Assembly: GCA_004764695.1 (NCBI GenBank)
Contig: SMSO01000025.1
Coordinates: 4,318,862-4,382,861, forward strand
Length of the DNA stretch: 64,000 nucleotides
Source of the DNA: Schizochytrium sp. TIO01
Lineage: Eukaryota; Protista; Bigyra: Labyrinthulomycetes
Direction: 5' to 3'
The first letter of the stretch is position 1. Each line of letters begins with the position of its first letter. The translations under genes and the position numbers were made by a program. Under the pieces are notes generated by a model. That model did no database searches. It was given only the letters and a program-made list of their open reading frames with translations, and was not told the DNA's origin. Of the stretch, positions 41,929-53,000 are shown one piece after another.

Positions 41929-42903
41929 TTATCGACCGCCCTTCTTTGATTTGCTGGAGCGTGTCAATTCATTGTATTGACTATTGCTCTCTTTTGCAAT
42001 AGTGTTTTCGTCTTTGTAGTTTTGAAACTCTCTGGCAGCCTTTTCAAGAGCCGACTGCCAAGCTTTGCTTGCGCGACTATCGGTACACTTGAAATAGAGG
42101 TCGCGCAGACCTTCTTTACCACATTTTAAATTCTGCAGTTTCACGCAATAAATAGGCGCATGGTTTTTGCCTTCATTCTCTTGATATTCAATCGTGGTGT
42201 CGCTTGTAATCCAAAATACTTTGCGTGGTTTCAGGTGAGCTTGATCGTGGAAGTATTGCAATTCGTTCTCTTTGAGGGATAAGAACCGCCGTTGCCATCG
42301 AATCCAGCCAGACAAAGGTGCATATGATTTCTTGCTCACATAGCCACTATGAGTGACTGGTTTGTGTTCACGTGGACTAGATAGCGCGTTGGTTGCGTCT
42401 GCATTAAATTCTAGTCTTGGTCCTGTGCCGTTTCGAGAGCCCGAGGCATTTTCACGCGGGTGTAGCAGTCCTTCCCGTAAGGTCTGAGCAGCATCTTTCC
42501 AGAACTCTTGGCCAACAGCCTCTTTCTCAGCAAGGCTAAGAACTAAAGCATCCTTGGCGGCCTTTTCCCTTTGGGCCGCCGCCCATTCGGCAACCTCTTC
42601 TTGTGTCCAGTCGCATGAACATTGTCCATCGAGCTCTGCATCAAAGTCTTCGCCATGTGTCATTGATAATGCAGCTGGTCGGGGCAAATGTGCAAGCATT
42701 GTATGTTGTCCTGTTGCTTCTACCTGTTGAGAAGAAGCTCCCGGAGGCTGTTGACGGTGAACGTGACGGTGATCGTGTTCGGTAAAATGGTACTGTCTAA
42801 CGTGTAGATCCCTTAAATGAGTTCTTGGGTTTTGGCGGGCAATCAGCTGCCTCACCAGTGTCCTCAAGAATTTAGTTTGGCCACCCTTGTACTCTAACGG
42901 CAA
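41929..42903 (-). CDS. PH-domain protein (5' end uncertain)
   Basis: C-terminal PH domain 'HSGYVSKKS...WQRRFLSLKENELQYF....KPRKVF...LYFKC.D....KAWQSALEKA'. The track start is a TTG; the true start may be an internal ATG or a spliced upstream exon. Confidence 0.8.
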   Translation of the reverse strand: MPLEYKGGQTKFLRTLVRQLIARQNPRTHLRDLHVRQYHFTEHDHRHVHRQQPPGASSQQVEATGQHTMLAHLPRPAALSMTHGEDFDAELDGQCSCDWTQEEVAEWAAAQREKAAKDALVLSLAEKEAVGQEFWKDAAQTLREGLLHPRENASGSRNGTGPRLEFNADATNALSSPREHKPVTHSGYVSKKSYAPLSGWIRWQRRFLSLKENELQYFHDQAHLKPRKVFWITSDTTIEYQENEGKNHAPIYCVKLQNLKCGKEGLRDLYFKCTDSRASKAWQSALEKAAREFQNYKDENTIAKESNSQYNELTRSSKSKKGGR

Positions 42904-44154
42904 GCTATGGAATGGGTTTGGTGCCCTGAACTTTGTTTTGATCAGCGTGAGAATACTTCGATTGCTCAGAGGTCAACTTGTGTTTTTGACACAACTCCGT
43001 ATACATGTATGAGAGAATACGACACTACTTCTTTGCCATATAACAAGATACGGCAACTAGTTTTGAGTTGGCTTGGAAACCCTGGACTCTACCTCTATTC
43101 CCACACCGTGCGCAGTCTGGTGACCACCTATTTTGATAAGGGCGCTATGTTTCAGCAGGCCACGTTTGACCAGACCCGGTTCCCCTCGCCTCGCTCGCTC
43201 GCTTGCCAACGACGGCCGCGACACAGTCCAGTGTCTTCTCCACGCCCCAAGAAGCCATTTGCCGAGATTAATTGACTCTAAATCCATCTTTTAGAGTTCT
43301 ACATTCACGGCGCTCTTCGGGTGTGTACTCCTCTCACTAAAACGAAGAACGCTTCTTTCAAATGGACTACTCAATTTAGTCCGCGCCGGGATCGGGTGCC
43401 ATTCCTTTCCTTCCAAGGTCCTAGATTACATTGGCTACGTCTACGACTTCCTCTGCGTCCATGCCCCATCCTCATTCGCAAAGCTCTGTCAAAGGTTCAT
43501 GAATTGTTGCGCGAGGAATCCATTTGTCTAGTTTCGCGCCAACAGCAATTCATTAATTGCTGTCTTCTTTATTAAGACTACCCTACACCCGACTAGCACT
43601 CACGCATGTTTGCATTCCTTTGCTAAAAGGCGACTACTACGCTTTACTTTAAGAGTAGACTCGGTTAGTCCTAGGAGCCGTTCTTTTGCTGTTCTTTCTC
43701 GTCTGTAATGGGCACATAGAAGGCAATAGTCCTCTGTAAAACGAAGCAGGAACCTGTAAGTCCTTTTCTAATAGGTAGAAAACTCTTCAAGTACATGGAG
43801 AGACAAAGGAGGAGGAGGGCGCGGACATTGGAGGGACTCGGGATATCAGGGTAATCCGCGCCCATAAAGGACCATTTTGAGCTTGTGGCGCGGAGAAGCC
43901 TATGTCTTGCGCTGCATGTGGCAGTAGCAGACGGGGGGGATTGACCTCGCACCAGAACCCTTCCGAATTTGGTTGCAGCGTTTCATACGGAGCCTTGCGA
44001 AAGCCAAGGTCTGAAAGTCGAGGCAGGGCTTTCGTGACAAAAGCGCGAGGATAAATTGCAAACGTGCTCTTCTTGGGTCGCGACCGGGGCGAGGCGATCC
44101 CTTGGAGAACAATAGTCTGATAAAGCTTAGCAGATAGACTTCGAAAGCGTCACA

Positions 44155-47100
44155 ATGGCGGACCTCATTGACGCGCAACATAAGGTCGAAACAAGCATTG
44201 GCGTCCAGCGAAGCGTGGATGGCCTATGGGCGTTGCTCGTTAAGCACAAGACAGGAATTATAGATCATGGAGAGCTCGTCCGGTTTGTCAGTTGCTTGGC
44301 CAAGACATTGCTTGCAGGTTGCTCAAATGATCAAGCCACCGCAACAGCGCGGCAAGCACTTGAAGCTACACAGAGCATGGACAAACAAGCGTTTCAAACA
44401 TTTATGATTAATCTTGCGCATGTCTACTGTGAGTCCTTTGATCCTCTGGAATATGAAGCTTTCTTTGTTGGGCTCAAGATTCGTATTTCTAGGGCAGCAG
44501 TTGTAGTGCCTGATCTGAAGGAACCTGTAGAATTGGTAGCTCGTATTAATAAGGTAGCTATCGATGAGGATGATGATAAACTAGAATCGTTCTGGAAATT
44601 ACAAGCAAGGTCAGGTATTAGTAACACGTGGACTCCTGAGGCTATCAAACCTTTCAAAGGAGGTGCCAAAGCAGCTCAACTGATGGTGTTCGAGGTTGCT
44701 TCTACCACTGCAGCTGAGCACCTTCAACAGAGTGGATCTTCCTCAAGCTTGAGCTTTCCCGTAATCTCCCAGAGTCTTACGGATTTGGATAATGTCACTG
44801 CGATGCCTTCACATATTGGTAGCAAGGATCCCAAAGAGGCTCATACATTCTGGTCACCTCAGGTGGCTGCACAAGCAGATACTAAACTCCCCCTAATCGA
44901 CGCTATCCTTGCCAGATACAAGGAGCACTTTGGATCTTCAACGAGCAAAGCCGTTTTTGCTTCTGCATATGCCCATCAGGGATTAGAGTCGGGATTCCCG
45001 CCGCCGCAACCGCCAACACAGCCCATGGAACACTCTAGCGTGATTGCAGGTGGAATTGGATCCCGGTCTCCGCACATTGCTATTGTCGGCCTTCCCCGTT
45101 CAGGAAAGTCATCTGTTGCACGAAACCTGTGCAAGCGCACAGGATTTCAGTATTTGACACCCGCTGAGGTTGCTGGTCAAAACCTTAGCCTCTTCACGGA
45201 ACGTACGGGGGGATTTGTCCTCGACATTAGCGAGACTCTAGCATTAGATGAAAGCTCTACTGCGCCAACAACTGTAGTGCATCTCAAACTGCATTCTCAG
45301 GATGCACAATCCCGACTTACATCAATGAAGATTCACCGGGCGAGTGATAACGTATTCACGGGCGCTGAAGTCCGTGCTTTACAGGCTCAAGAAGCAGAGG
45401 CAGAGGCAGCTGCAGCAGCAGCAGCAGAGGCTCGCCTCCTTCGGAAGAAAGCGCGAGAAGCTCGAGCCGCAGTCCGAGCTGCAGCTCTAGCTGCAGGTGA
45501 AGAACCTGCTGAGGAGGAAGACGAGGAAGAAGAGGAAGAGGAGGAAGAACTGCAAGAGACTCAAGGAAACACAGAAGAAGAAGCCGAAGGTGAAGGAGAG
45601 GGTACTGAGAAGCCAATCAAAATCCACTCCTCGGATCTCGAACCTCTTTACACAAGTGATGAAGTAGAGCAAATGATGAGTTCCCATGCGAATGCTATCC
45701 AACAAGTTCTTAGCAGTGCTTCTCAAGTCATTACTGTGGATGCAAGCCAGAACCTCGATGTTATGTTAGAACAGACATTCAATCACCTTTCGGATGCTTT
45801 GGGGGGGCTCCCAGATAACAATTTTGTTCGTGCTTATTGCACTCCGCGTGCCCTCCTTTACAAACCTCCAGCCGTACCCAGTGACGAGGAAGAGGGAGAA
45901 GTGGAGGCCGAACCACCTCTAGAAACCCCTGAAGAAGAACAAGAGCTTCGATTGCAACTGCTTTACAATGTCGCAGTCGAATATAAGAAAGAGGATGAGA
46001 ACCCTGGCGAGGAAACTGAGGAAAAAGATGAAGATACTCCTGAAGTAGAACCAGAGAAGTCACCCGAACTTGCCAGCTTTAGACATTTATCAGCGTGGGG
46101 CTTAATTTGTCCTGTCACTTTGGAGGAGGGTCGAGCTCGTTATGCAGTTCTTTGGCGTGGTCATGTCTACTTTTGCTCACAACCATCAGCATTAGAAACA
46201 TTTATGGAGAACCCTTCTCAGTTTGCATTACGCACGCCAGTTTCTGCGGGTCGTGTGCTTGTTGTTGCTGCAAGTGCAGAATTAGCACATAAAGCGGCTG
46301 AATCGCTAGCTAAATCTAACACATGGACTGACATGTCCATGGCTGCGGGTGCATGGTACGACCTAAAGCCGCCCGAACAGGATACTGAAGCAATCCAAGA
46401 TCCTCCTCCTTCTGAGGAAGATGGGCTGGCCCAAGCCGAGGGTGTCGAATCAAAGCCACCTCCGGTTCACCCTCTTAGTGCTATTCTTAGTGACAATCGC
46501 TGGACACTAGCTCTCGGAGCCGAAGTCACAACCCCTGAACAAGCGTTTGGTGTTTTCCAGTCAGCAGAACGTATGCCTCGTGTAGTGATTTATGCTAAAT
46601 TCGAAGACCCCCCCTCTTCTGAGCAAGAAGAGGTGGGACTAACGCCCGAACAAGATAGTGCTGTCCAAGATGGCTCAGCCGAAACAACTCAAGGTGAAGA
46701 ATTAACTGAGTCCAAACCACCCCTTGACTTAATGGCAGAACCTTGGGCAGCTTTGGCCCAAGAAAGGGGTGTCACATTCATCAGTACGAGTATCCCATTT
46801 ACAGAAAGTAGAGAAGATCTCATTGTGCCATTCAACGAGCCATTGTCTCAAATAGCTCCACAGCTTGACAATCTTTTTGCTGCTAAAGCTATTGAGGAAG
46901 GAGCATATAAAAAGTTGCTGGGCTGGTCCCAGAATTATTGTCCTGTCGTTTTTATGAATGAAAGCCGTCTTGTGCCTGGCAAGCCTGAGTTTACTGCCTT
47001 TCATGACAAAGCATTTTACACGTTCTCTTCCGCAGAATCGATGGCAAAGTTTAAAGAGCAGCCATCAACCTACCAGAGACCTTTGGACTTACAGCGACCA

Positions 47101-49548
47101 CATCCGGTGGTTCTTCTCCTCGGTGCTGAGGGTACTGGTAAGACAGAGTGCGCACAATATTTGTCTAGCTCCTTTGGTTTGCAGCATATCACACGCCATG
47201 ACATTGAGACCCATGTAGTATCGCGTCAAGTTGTTCGCCGAATGTTAAAAGAAAGCATTCATCTCGTTGAAAATTCTATCGCAGAAGCTAAAGCCAAAGC
47301 GGCAAGAGAGCTTGCGCTAGCAGTAGCTGAGTCGAAAAAATCCGAGATAAAAATGGATCATGTTGAAGGAGAAGAGAAGGCAAATGAAGAGGAAGAATCC
47401 GAGGCTAAAGACCAAGAAGAAGGTGAAGTGCAAGAGGAAAGCCCGGAAGACCCGGAAGCAGCAGCAGCCAGAGCAGAAGCAGAGGCGGAGTCCGAGAGAC
47501 TCCAAGATGTTGAAAATCGTCAATCTTTCGTTGCAAATCTACTTCAACAAGGTGGATGCATTCTTGATGATGTCGTACAAAATCTTGAAATAGTACAAAG
47601 TCTCGCTTCTTTAACTTTAGTCCCTACTGTTGTTCTACGACTTGTAGCCGAGCAAGAGCTTGCTGTACAGAGGACTATGAATGCAACTTTCCGCTGGACA
47701 CCTCCGCAGCCGAAAACAAAGGGTCGCGTTGTAGAAGGCATTGAAGGCGAAGAGGGTACTTCAGAGGAAGGCCAACCAGAAGAAGAAGATGCAGGTGATG
47801 AGGAGGAGGAGCCTGTCAATCTCGAAGAACTACGTGAAAATGCTCGAGCAGAATGGGAAGAGGCTGTCCGGAATCGTTTTGCTCAGAGTGAGCAAGCAGG
47901 CGCTGAGATCTTGCAGTTCCTGCGCGAGGCAGGCGTTCGATGCTACGATTCGATTGATATGAATGGCCGCATGGGTCTCATGCCTGCTCTTCGTTCAATC
48001 CGTTCAAAGGTTCTCCCATTTTCACAAAAAGCTCCACGTGATTTGGATGCTCCTCAAGCTTGTCTCGTATCTCTGGGTATGGCAAATATGCTTATGAAAG
48101 AAGGCCTCGTTCTTGGGGCTCCAATAGGAAGCCACTGTCCTGTGGACTTGACAGATCATGGTCGCATTTGTAGATGTCATAGCTCCGCCTCCGAGGTGGG
48201 CATTGTTCTTTTCCGCAGTTTCCTCTATTCTCCAAGCTCAGACAAAAACGTAAAGCGTTTCTTAAGCTCTCCAGGTCCTTTTGCTGAAAATGCGCATAAA
48301 CAGAACCCAGAACCACGCAAACTCTTACGTTGTGCTGTCCTTGGAGGCGGTGGGGATTATAAGCGAAGAGGTTCATTTGTGGGAGAATTAGCGCGTATGT
48401 TTGGCCTTGTGTCTGTAACTCTAGCAGACTCTATCGAATATGTAAAGTCTCATTCAACGGACCCAGACTCGGGCTCTCTAGGCTGGCTTGGCGAACAGCT
48501 TCAAAATAAACCTTCAGATACAGAAACTCTTGCTCTATGCGTAGCTGCACGCTGTCAAGCATATGATGCGGCTGTGCAGGGATTTGTGTTAGAGGACTAC
48601 CCACGCACTGTTGACGACGCGGATTGGTTGAGAATGCAGGGTCTGTTGCCAGATTATGTTATGTTTTGTGGGGCCCGCCAAGGGCCTAGGCTTGCTGATC
48701 TTGTTGATCTTGAGCGTTGGATTCACAATTGGTCTTCTATCGCCCGTATTTACTTAAATTCCAATCACACAGTTTGGAGTAATGTGGACGAAGCGTCTGC
48801 GACGATTGTACAAAAATCCATTTCTTCATTGGGGACAGCATCCCGCACTGAAGATTCGGGAAGCAGTTCGAGATCTAGGGTAGTTAAACTTAATGGTGTG
48901 GCTGCAATGGGTGTTCAAGATCTCTTGGATAGATCACCAGCTCTAGGTTATTGCGTTGTGAGTTATGTAGATTCTGATGCTCAACGTGTGGTCCAAGGAA
49001 GTCCAAGTGAGCTTGTTTACTGTGATCAAGGATATTTTGTTTTCAGTAACCCTTCAGCTAGTGAAAAATTTATTGAGAACCCAGAGACTTATCTCAGTAG
49101 TGTTGAAGCTTGTCAAGCTGCAGTCAAAGAACTGCCTTTGAGCGCAGCTGCTCTCTTAGCGCATGGCGATCGTATTGGATATCTCGAGCAGACTGTTGCC
49201 CCTATTTTGCGAGACGGTCTTGAGCAGTGTGGTATTCTTCGTCTCAAACATCCCTCTCTAAGTCTGGAAGATTCTTGCGCAAAATTTATGGCTCTTTATC
49301 TGCGTGCAAAGAATGATAACGTTACGTCTACAGCTCGTGCACGACGGGAGCAAATGCTTCACCAGTACCTCACGGAGTGCCAGTTATTTGATCGTATCTC
49401 TAAGCATGCTGCCGGTGGCTCGGGACTACGTGCAGTGCGTAGTTGCCGTGATCAAATTGTTGATGAGCGTTCAGTACTTATTGACAAATTCGAAGATCTC
49501 TTACACCAGCCTCCAAGTATCTTGCTTGCGCGTTTCACTTCTCAATAG
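44155..49548 (+). CDS. AK9: Adenylate kinase 9-like multidomain protein, 1797 aa
   Basis: P-loops 'GLPRSGKS' and 'GAEGTGKT', an AK-like 'GFVLEDYPRT', four CPV/YHS-like modules (e.g. 'YCPVVFMNESRLVPGKPEF..F..K.Y.FSS..M.KF..QP'), Glu-rich inserts and the AK9-type C-terminus 'GYLEQTVA..L..G.LRLKHP.LS.EDS..KFMALYLRAKN'. Confidence 0.8.
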   Translation: MADLIDAQHKVETSIGVQRSVDGLWALLVKHKTGIIDHGELVRFVSCLAKTLLAGCSNDQATATARQALEATQSMDKQAFQTFMINLAHVYCESFDPLEYEAFFVGLKIRISRAAVVVPDLKEPVELVARINKVAIDEDDDKLESFWKLQARSGISNTWTPEAIKPFKGGAKAAQLMVFEVASTTAAEHLQQSGSSSSLSFPVISQSLTDLDNVTAMPSHIGSKDPKEAHTFWSPQVAAQADTKLPLIDAILARYKEHFGSSTSKAVFASAYAHQGLESGFPPPQPPTQPMEHSSVIAGGIGSRSPHIAIVGLPRSGKSSVARNLCKRTGFQYLTPAEVAGQNLSLFTERTGGFVLDISETLALDESSTAPTTVVHLKLHSQDAQSRLTSMKIHRASDNVFTGAEVRALQAQEAEAEAAAAAAAEARLLRKKAREARAAVRAAALAAGEEPAEEEDEEEEEEEEELQETQGNTEEEAEGEGEGTEKPIKIHSSDLEPLYTSDEVEQMMSSHANAIQQVLSSASQVITVDASQNLDVMLEQTFNHLSDALGGLPDNNFVRAYCTPRALLYKPPAVPSDEEEGEVEAEPPLETPEEEQELRLQLLYNVAVEYKKEDENPGEETEEKDEDTPEVEPEKSPELASFRHLSAWGLICPVTLEEGRARYAVLWRGHVYFCSQPSALETFMENPSQFALRTPVSAGRVLVVAASAELAHKAAESLAKSNTWTDMSMAAGAWYDLKPPEQDTEAIQDPPPSEEDGLAQAEGVESKPPPVHPLSAILSDNRWTLALGAEVTTPEQAFGVFQSAERMPRVVIYAKFEDPPSSEQEEVGLTPEQDSAVQDGSAETTQGEELTESKPPLDLMAEPWAALAQERGVTFISTSIPFTESREDLIVPFNEPLSQIAPQLDNLFAAKAIEEGAYKKLLGWSQNYCPVVFMNESRLVPGKPEFTAFHDKAFYTFSSAESMAKFKEQPSTYQRPLDLQRPHPVVLLLGAEGTGKTECAQYLSSSFGLQHITRHDIETHVVSRQVVRRMLKESIHLVENSIAEAKAKAARELALAVAESKKSEIKMDHVEGEEKANEEEESEAKDQEEGEVQEESPEDPEAAAARAEAEAESERLQDVENRQSFVANLLQQGGCILDDVVQNLEIVQSLASLTLVPTVVLRLVAEQELAVQRTMNATFRWTPPQPKTKGRVVEGIEGEEGTSEEGQPEEEDAGDEEEEPVNLEELRENARAEWEEAVRNRFAQSEQAGAEILQFLREAGVRCYDSIDMNGRMGLMPALRSIRSKVLPFSQKAPRDLDAPQACLVSLGMANMLMKEGLVLGAPIGSHCPVDLTDHGRICRCHSSASEVGIVLFRSFLYSPSSDKNVKRFLSSPGPFAENAHKQNPEPRKLLRCAVLGGGGDYKRRGSFVGELARMFGLVSVTLADSIEYVKSHSTDPDSGSLGWLGEQLQNKPSDTETLALCVAARCQAYDAAVQGFVLEDYPRTVDDADWLRMQGLLPDYVMFCGARQGPRLADLVDLERWIHNWSSIARIYLNSNHTVWSNVDEASATIVQKSISSLGTASRTEDSGSSSRSRVVKLNGVAAMGVQDLLDRSPALGYCVVSYVDSDAQRVVQGSPSELVYCDQGYFVFSNPSASEKFIENPETYLSSVEACQAAVKELPLSAAALLAHGDRIGYLEQTVAPILRDGLEQCGILRLKHPSLSLEDSCAKFMALYLRAKNDNVTSTARARREQMLHQYLTECQLFDRISKHAAGGSGLRAVRSCRDQIVDERSVLIDKFEDLLHQPPSILLARFTSQ

Positions 49549-50008
49549 TATCGTTTCGAAGTCTGTAGGTCGAGAAATTCGTCAAAAACAACGTCAGAAT
49601 TGATGATCATAGCTATTTATGAACGTTCTTTCGTTGGTTTTGAAGTGCTACTTGTTGAAGGAGGAACCTATGATTATGAATAAATATATACTACCTATAT
49701 GAATAACGAAATTAAATAAATCAGTTTCCAAGTTCTTAACATGGCTAATATTTGGATATACACTTTTGAAGTGTCTTATATATGCCAACAAATATTTTGT
49801 AGTTGCAGCAAGCTTTCAACTTACCTTGATCCTAAATCGTACTGCGACGAGCCCGCAAAGAATAAATATGATCACCGATGAAAGAGAGAGCAAGCAAGAT
49901 TCCTGTTGAAGAATGTCAAAGATGAGCAACAGAAAAGAAAAGAAAAGAAAAAGGTAAAGATCTTGATTTTGATTTTGATTCATACAAGAATAGTTCCGGG
50001 CAAGTTGA

Positions 50009-53000
50009 TCATTTGTTTAAATGGGGCAGTACAGCACCCTGCTCAACAAGAACGAGGGCAACAGAAGTATTGCCTTGCTGAATAGCTACATCAAGTGCAG
50101 ATGAGCCATCACGATCCGCGTGATGCATATCCGCACCTGCTGATGCTAAAAGGCGAATGGCCTCGACGTTGTTTGCGACGCAGGCCCATGCAAGTGGTGT
50201 CCTACCTATTGCATCCACCACATTCACGTGTGCGCCATGCTTGAGGAGTAGGGCGACCATATCATTGTGTCCAAGCGCGCAAGCCAAATGAAGAAGCGAA
50301 GCGCCATTAGGTGTGTCCATGTTCACATTCGCGCTCGGATTCTGGAGCAAGCGCGCTAAGAGGTCTGTATTGCTCGTCCGTAAGGCGGTGATAAGAGCAT
50401 TTGTTCTGGCGTGCTTGGCACCAGAAAGAGCATTGACATCAGCGCCGGCATCGAGAAGAGTGTTAACAAGTTGCATTTGGCCCTGCTCACAAGCCCAGAC
50501 CAGGAGGCTGTGGGAGGTTGACTCATCTTGAATCGTGTTGATGTCAAGATTTCCTTTGTCAATCATCAGCCTTACCAACTCTGGTTTGTTCTCAGTCAAT
50601 GCAGCTAAAATAGGTTTACGCGGTCGACGGCGAACTTTACTAGGCAGCAGCGGTTCCGCAGCCTTGCTAGTGTTATTTCCGTTAATATTGCTGTTGCTGT
50701 TAGCGGACTTGTTCTCCGAGGGCGATGGATCCGGGAGCTGCATGTTTGGGTCAGCACCAACCTTGAGCAGACTTTCCACCAGGCCAGCATCAGGGTCATC
50801 GACGTAGCAGAGGTCGAGGAGCACATGCGTAGCCATCTCGCGTTTCGTTGCCTCGGAAGCATCGGGGCCGCCAAGAATTTGCTCCAGTAGTGATAATTTT
50901 CCCTTAAAGAGTTTCGAGATAATACCAGGACCAGACGAGAAGACCTCAGGGTTTATCTTAGCACCACATGCAATAAGAGCATCAACCTCTTCCTCGTGAC
51001 CAAGCTCACAGGCAAGAAGGAGGGGAGATGCATGCTGTGGATCGGCCTTGCATTCCTTAACAAGTAGCTTGATAAAGCGCCCATTGCGGTGCTTTACACA
51101 AGCACGAAGAGGCGTTGCACCCTTGAACATTACATTGGGGTTGGCCCCGGCTTGACAGAGTTGCATCATTGCTACGCGAACTTGCAAACGCATGCGTTTC
51201 TCCGTTAGTGTACAGAGAAAAATAAGAGGTGGCGCCTCATCTTCCTTGGTTCCAGAATTGAGATCAATAAGCTTGTTCCGACGCATCCAGGTTATTATAC
51301 GGGTGAGCATGCGAACCTCGGTGAAAGAGCGCGTAACAATATAGAAGAATAGAATGAAACGAATCGGAGAGTGAAGACCCCAGGGCTCCTCCATGGAGGC
51401 CCATTGCTCACTGAGCGTGCACTGCCAATGCGCAGGAGAGAGGGTTAGAGGTTTTTCAGCAGCGCCAGCTTTCCGCAGTTCCATGTCCATGAGACGCATG
51501 GCCATTGGGATATTGCCGCGCGCCATGGCCTGTAGTAATGGGGTCCCTTCTACGACCGAGTTGGAGCGGTTATCTCTCATGGAGGGCTGCTGTGCTGACG
51601 CATGCAGGGCCTTGTCCAAATGAAAACCAAACGGTTTTTCCGCAGAAAGTGTTTCCACAACCATTTGATCAAGCTTCTCTAATTTGCCCTCAGCATTGAG
51701 CTTGAGAATGTGCTCAACGCAAAAGCGGAAAAGGTCATCTCGCACTTCGTCTGATTCAAAGGCGGTATCCATGCGTGAGGCTTTATCAAGAATACAACGA
51801 AGAAGAACGGGGTTTTTGAGGTCGTCCACAGCACACTTGAACAATTTGGCCAATGTCTCTTCACTAATGGGCAATTCAAATTCATCAGCAAGTAGAACGC
51901 GGATCATGTCAGCCCGGCCAGATGCTGCTGTTTTAGAGAGAACAACATCGAAAATCTCACGTCCTTCCACGGGCTTGAGTTTGTGGAGGTCAGCTCCGGC
52001 CCGGAGGAGCTTCTCCACACTGGATGCGTCGCCTTTCATGAATCTCCGCTGCAAGATAGGTGTTGGAACCCGCTCTTTGTAATCTACGATGATGCCTTGC
52101 TCCACATTCAGTTCTCCAAGTTTACCTTCCACAGATGAAGGGACCATAATATATTTGTCACCTTCGGCTTTGTAGGCAACGCACTGGCCTTTCAGAGGCC
52201 CATCCCTCGGCTTTTCTACAGAAACATATTCCACACGCCAGCCAACGGCATCCTCTTGTTTAGCAGGAGCAGGCACAACCTTGCTAAGAAGAATTGCAGG
52301 GTCCATCTCCTCTTCCTCCTTGCGCTTGCGCTCAGCTTCTTCCTCTTCCTTGCGCTTGCGCTCTTCTTCTTCTTCTTGCTGCTTCTTCTTCCTTGCTGCT
52401 TCTGCCTCTTCTGCTTCTTTACGTTTGCGCTCTTCCTCTGCTTCTTTTTCGAGTCGTGCCTTTTCCCTGGCCTCCTCTTCCTCCTTGGCCTTCCTTTCAG
52501 CTTCTTGCTTCGCTTTTAGCTCTGCTTCTTCCTTGGCCTTGCGCTCGGCCTCTTCCTTGGCCTTGCGCTCGGCTTCTTCCTTAGCTTTGCGCTCGGCTTC
52601 TTCTTTGGCCCTTTTGTCAGCTTCTTCTTTGGCCTTTTTGTCGGCTTCCTCTTTAGCCTTTTTGTCGGCTTCCTCTTTAGCCTTCTTGTTGGCTTCCTCT
52701 TTGGCCTTTCTGTCAGCCTCTTCTTTGGCCTTTCTATCAGCTTCTTCTCTGGCCTTTTTGTCGGCTTCTTCTCTGGCCTTTTTGTCAGCTTCTTCTTTGG
52801 CCTTTTTGTCGGCCTCGTCTTTAGCCTTTTCGTCGGCCTCGTCTTTGACCTTTTTCGCTGCAGCTGCAGCTGCAGAATCTCCATCGTCAGCACTAGCACT
52901 AGCAGAGTCTTTATGACTTTTGTCTTCATCCTTGTTGGTGATATTCAGCTTGCTGTTTGCTGCAGTGCCCTTTTCGTTCTCCACAAGTGTTTTCTTAGTC

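Noticed and set aside
43057-43287. 76-aa ORF as first exon of the PH-domain gene
   Set aside because: The position is plausible and an AG acceptor exists at about 42905, but I found no convincing phase-compatible GT donor. RNA-seq is needed.
52256-52929. Ser/Ala/Leu-repeat ORFs over the Tudor/ankyrin gene
   Set aside because: They are alternative-frame or antisense readings of the KAKEEA coding repeat.
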